Assembly (NCBI RefSeq): GCF_018977255.1
Contig: NW_024704742.1
Location: 120,158,001 to 120,222,000 of the forward strand
Length of the DNA: 64,000 nucleotides
Direction of reading: 5' to 3'
From: Callorhinchus milii
Taxonomy: Eukaryota
Positions 60,401 to 64,000 of this stretch are shown here, piece by piece (within the stretch, counting starts at the first letter, position 1; each line of letters opens with the position of its first letter). A program made the translations under genes and the position numbers. The notes beneath the pieces were generated by a model. That model did not search any database, was not told the DNA's origin, and worked only from the letters and a program-made list of their open reading frames with translations.

Positions 60401-63400
60401 CTCTAACCACTGAGCTACAGGACTCCACTCTCCCACTGAGGCACTGAGGAAATCCATTCAGTGCAAAGTTAGTACAGCAAACTCTTGATAACCCCGACCC
60501 TGGCTTAATTAGTTACTACCACTTAAGTCGCCATGCTGACGATATCCTGCTTGCATCCCATTCAAAATATTGTCACTCCGCTTAACACGCAATAAAGTCA
60601 CATTTCAGAAAATCTCGTAATTACACTCAATGTAAAATCAATGAGATAATTTGCCATGACAAGAAGCAAACTCTCGTAACAATTGCAGAAAAGGTCACTG
60701 CTCAGCCAGCTACGTGGTGTTAATTGTGATGCAAGTTGTGTGTATACAAATACATTATAGTACATCTCTTGAGAAGAGCAGTTTCTAACACAGTAACAGA
60801 TATAAGCAGTAGGAAACAGAATATAAGTGCATTTATACACAAACAAGTCTATTATATATAATATACATTACTTAAATGAGTTTTATTAAACTGTTCTGTC
60901 ACTCTGGCAGGTGCTGTATACACAGGTTGTTGTATACAGTAGGTGCTCTCAGCGCCCCCTTGTGGTCCGGAAAGACCTATGCCTCACTCACCTCTGAATA
61001 ACTCGTCACTGAGCCCTTTACTCTTGGAGTGACGAGATATCAGGAGTTGACTGTATCTGCTGGATTCTTAACCAGGATTATGTGAACTACACTTCACTAT
61101 TCTAGTCATCCTTCTTTAGAATATTTCCATAAATAAGATCTATTGTAAAAGAAATACAAAATTATGTGCAAGATTACGTGATGCATACCAAATGGGTTTA
61201 CAACTATAAAAAGTGCATTATCCCATCACAGAAATAAACAGAAGCTCACTTTTTAAGGGTTTTCTACAGTAAACTGATTAATTTGATGGGATTACAGCTG
61301 TGAACCTCCGATATCTCAAAGCCAGTGCACATGATCTGCCATTGCATTTATTATTGTTTCCAGCAATGAACATACCTGTTAGTTTCAACATTTATTACTT
61401 TGATTCCCAACATTGTAGCATAAAGTATGAAATGTCCAGTTTCATCAAAAATAATATTGGCCAGTCTTATTCCATCCACTTTTTCCAGTTCTCTTTCAAC
61501 AGCCATACGCCGGCCAAACTCCATGTCTGGAAGCTGTTGCCTCATTTGTTGCAATTCTGTAAACATCTTAAAACAAAAGTTTAACTTTTAAGTAGTGAAT
61601 ACCCTTGACAGAATTCTACTATAGGACATTTGCAAATAGAAATTCTTTGCAAGTCAAATACTGATTGAGGAACTAGTGAAATGTATAGATCTGTAGAACT
61701 TTAACAAAAACATTACATTTGAATAGTGCCTTTCACGTCGAGAGGACGTCCCAAGGCGATGGACAGACAGAGTTATGGACGCGAGCTGGGTATTGGTCTT
61801 GTTGACGTTCAACTGAAGAAAGTTAGCTCTCATCCAGGACTTGATGTCTGACAGACATTCTGTCAACATAGCAGTGATCCTGGAGTCAAGGAGGCAAGAC
61901 TTAGTTTCAAATATGTTACTGAAGCCCTCCAAAATAGTGAAAAATTATCAAAAATATTAAGCAAATTTTGGGACTGATCCAGTTATACCAGATAACGATG
62001 AGTCACTTTGGGTTTAGGAAGCCAGTTATGGGTCCATAGGGACCCATAACTGGCTTCCTGTTATAACAAAGCTCTACTTTAGTTTGCACTGAATCAATGT
62101 CAGTCACACTGAAATAACACACGCTCATCATGGTAACAAGCACCAAACTGTTCGAGGAGATAGTCGCTCGTTGCTTTCCATTGGCATTGTCTATAGTATA
62201 ACCACATCTGGTGCAAAGGCAATTTTATTTTTTAAAAAATCAAATTACATGTTTAATAGGTTCCTGGGTAATCCCTTAAATTGAGTCAGCTTTTCAATAA
62301 TATTTAAGTCGCTTGAACAGATGCCTGCAAATTTAAGCAAACTGTTACACTGAAAATGAATTCTGAATGTGAGCATATACCTGTTCTGAGAATGCACAAT
62401 ATTAACAGTAATTTACATTTATAAATTTGCTTTTACATGAGAGAAATGCCTCAAAGAGCTTTACAGAATGTAATTAATTAGGAATAAAGTAAATGTTATG
62501 GAGGCAGACACAGCAGCTAATTTAACAGCATCATCAACAATAAAACGAGAAGGCATTTGAGGGTTGAATTGATGTGTCAAAAAGAGAATATAAGACAAGT
62601 TAACAGAGGCAAACGCCACCATTTTTTGCAATAGTGACAGGAATCCTTTCATATCCATCTGATTTACAAGACGTCCATTGGAAAAATGGAAATGGTTCTA
62701 TACCACTTCACTGATACTTTCTCACCTTGATCAGAATAAAGCAAACTATTTTTCTCTTAAAAAATCTACTTACTGTAAGGGATTCATCGAAGATCCTCAT
62801 GAGCTTTCCCGTCAAAAACCTGAAAATTCTGACTTTGCGATCAGATCCAATGGTGGCCATTTTCTTTCCATCAGGAGAGAATGCAACGCTTATTGGGTAC
62901 GATTTACACTTCGCAAATTCATACAGGTCTGTATCCGTCTTGTATACCCATGCCACATTTCTGGGAAATTTGTAATCATTGGGTGGCCCAGTCCAATATT
63001 CCAGCATTCCTGATTTATCAGTGGATACGACAACCTTGTACACGGGATTTAACTTGATCTGACTGAGGGGGGAGCTATGCAGTTTCTCAATCACATGGAG
63101 CGGTTTGTTATTTCCTCGAGCGTCATACACAAAGATCTTTCCACTGTTCTTTTCAGAACATGCTACAGCAAATATAGCATCTCCTGGTGAGTAAATCCAT
63201 CCACACTTCCCAGGGTGGAAGCTGTAAAACAAAATTGTGAACCCTTAATTTTAAATTCATTATACAACAATGTGAGCAATGCGAGTTTCTCATCTAGATG
63301 CTAGTTACAATGGGAACTCACTAAAATCAATTAACTTCACAGTATATTCTGTGAAGCACTTTTACACGTCTCAACGACGCAATAAGGCACTATATCAAAT

Positions 63401-64000
63401 GCAAGGATTATTTTTAATCAAATAGACTTGACTGTCTAGACCACCTAGATACTCATCTAGGTTTGTGGAGTCCTGTAGCTCAGTGGTTAGAACACTCGCA
63501 TTGCAAGCGAGAGACCTGAGTTCAATTCCAGGCAGGGAGAAACCTTGGGCAAGTTTCCTTACTCCACACACAGCCTAATAATAATCCCTCCAAAACCAAA
63601 GACAATAATAAATTGGTCCTTTTCAATCTACGACTGTTTGTGGGACATTGCTGTGCGCAATTGGCTGCCGCGTTCGCCCACAAATATACAGTCAATTCAC
63701 TTTACAGTGTGTTCTGTGAAGCGCTTTGGGACGTCCTCCCGACGTGAAAAGCGCTATATCAAATGCAAGGATTATTATTATCTCCAAATTTAAAAAAGTT
63801 TAAGAAAAGAAATCTCAATATTACAAATGTTCAGTTAAAGCATTTATAGAAAAAATATGAAAGTAAAATTACTATCTGACTGATACCTACCCCAGTTTGA
63901 CCATATTGATCATATCGAAGTTCACAACATCAAAAATCTTCATTGCTTGGTCATCACCAACTGAACAGTACAGAGCCCCTTCTGAACTAATGTCAGCAGA
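54267..64000 (-). CDS. PPWD1: Peptidylprolyl isomerase domain and WD repeat-containing protein 1, 3' part (8 exons; 5' part outside window)
   Basis: join(complement) 63891->64000, 62774-63221, 61376-61566, 59275-59464, 58850-59031, 56137-56218, 55104-55286, 54267-54410. WD40 segments followed by a cyclophilin domain ([53 protein letters not shown]). Confidence 0.96.
55104..55286 (-). CDS. PPWD1: PPWD1 exon (cyclophilin domain)
   Basis: [28 protein letters not shown]...[12 protein letters not shown]. Confidence 0.95.
55480..56075 (-). mobile_element. Old, degraded L2 fragment
   Basis: [18 protein letters not shown] and AFVTLRLY remnants. Confidence 0.65.
56137..56218 (-). CDS. PPWD1: PPWD1 exon (cyclophilin domain)
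   Basis: [27 protein letters not shown]. Confidence 0.95.
56443..57900 (-). mobile_element. L2 fragment in a PPWD1 intron, with a partial internal duplication at about 57768-57898
   Basis: [38 protein letters not shown]; same tail type as the 27942 and 7005 copies. Confidence 0.9.
58850..59031 (-). CDS. PPWD1: PPWD1 exon
   Basis: [33 protein letters not shown]...[11 protein letters not shown]. Confidence 0.95.
59275..59464 (-). CDS. PPWD1: PPWD1 exon
   Basis: [21 protein letters not shown]...[11 protein letters not shown]. Confidence 0.95.
60110..60426 (-). mobile_element. SINE, same family, full length
   Basis: Reverse-complement match to 63467-63781. Confidence 0.9.
60475..61053. mobile_element. 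Non-autonomous Tc1/mariner-pogo-type element (MITE-like)
   Basis: TA|CAGCAAACTCTTGATAAC ... GATATCAGGAGTTGACTG|TA: imperfect terminal inverted repeats (14/18) with TA flanks. Confidence 0.6.
61376..61566 (-). CDS. PPWD1: PPWD1 exon
   Basis: [31 protein letters not shown]...KVINVETNR. Confidence 0.95.
62774..63221 (-). CDS. PPWD1: PPWD1 exon (WD repeats)
   Basis: [15 protein letters not shown]...[24 protein letters not shown]. Confidence 0.95.
63467..63781 (+). mobile_element. tRNA-derived SINE, full length (tRNA head, Deu-like core, L2-like 3' tail, (TTA)n end)
   Basis: A box TAGCTCAGTGG, B-box-like GTTCAATTCC, core GTGGGACA.TGCTGTGCGCAATTGGCTGCC, tail AAGCGCTTT..AAAGCGCTATATCAAATGCAAGG(ATT)n; many closely similar copies in the window. 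Confidence 0.9.
63891..64000 (-). CDS. PPWD1: PPWD1 exon (runs off window edge)
   Basis: [33 protein letters not shown], donor |GTAGGT. Confidence 0.9.

Noticed and set aside
63467..63540. tRNA-Ala(TGC)-like sequence, also at 13741, 27375, 38867 and minus-strand copies
   Set aside because: It is the head of a SINE: it runs into the repeat body and the acceptor stem does not pair cleanly, so it is not called a tRNA gene.

Overview
Eukaryotic (vertebrate) genomic DNA, most likely a cartilaginous fish. This is inferred from the tRNA/Deu-type SINE and L2 repeat landscape and from protein divergence. The window carries the conserved PPWD1-TRIM23-TRAPPC13/SHLD3 block. TRAPPC13 is complete on the minus strand: 13 exons, 417 aa, including an 18-nt microexon and a NAGNAG acceptor. 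SHLD3 (shieldin subunit 3, 248 aa, single coding exon) is nested in TRAPPC13 intron 1 on the same strand. TRIM23/ARD1 is complete on the plus strand (11 exons, 569 aa), head-to-head with TRAPPC13. The last 8 exons of PPWD1 lie on the minus strand, tail-to-tail with TRIM23. The rest is mostly L2/CR1 LINE fragments, many copies of one SINE family and DNA-transposon relics. Most notable observations: (1) the predicted SHLD3 leader, where the TRAPPC13 start becomes a 16-aa uORF whose TAG is followed in frame by 80 open codons ending just inside the SHLD3 start; (2) a head-to-head promoter region holding a hAT relic with a nested SINE; (3) G-rich tandem arrays at the start of both first introns; (4) several perfect fold-back hairpins; (5) a circularly permuted unclassified repeat. 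All exon boundaries were read by eye. Orthologue comparisons are from recall, and nothing was searched or computed.
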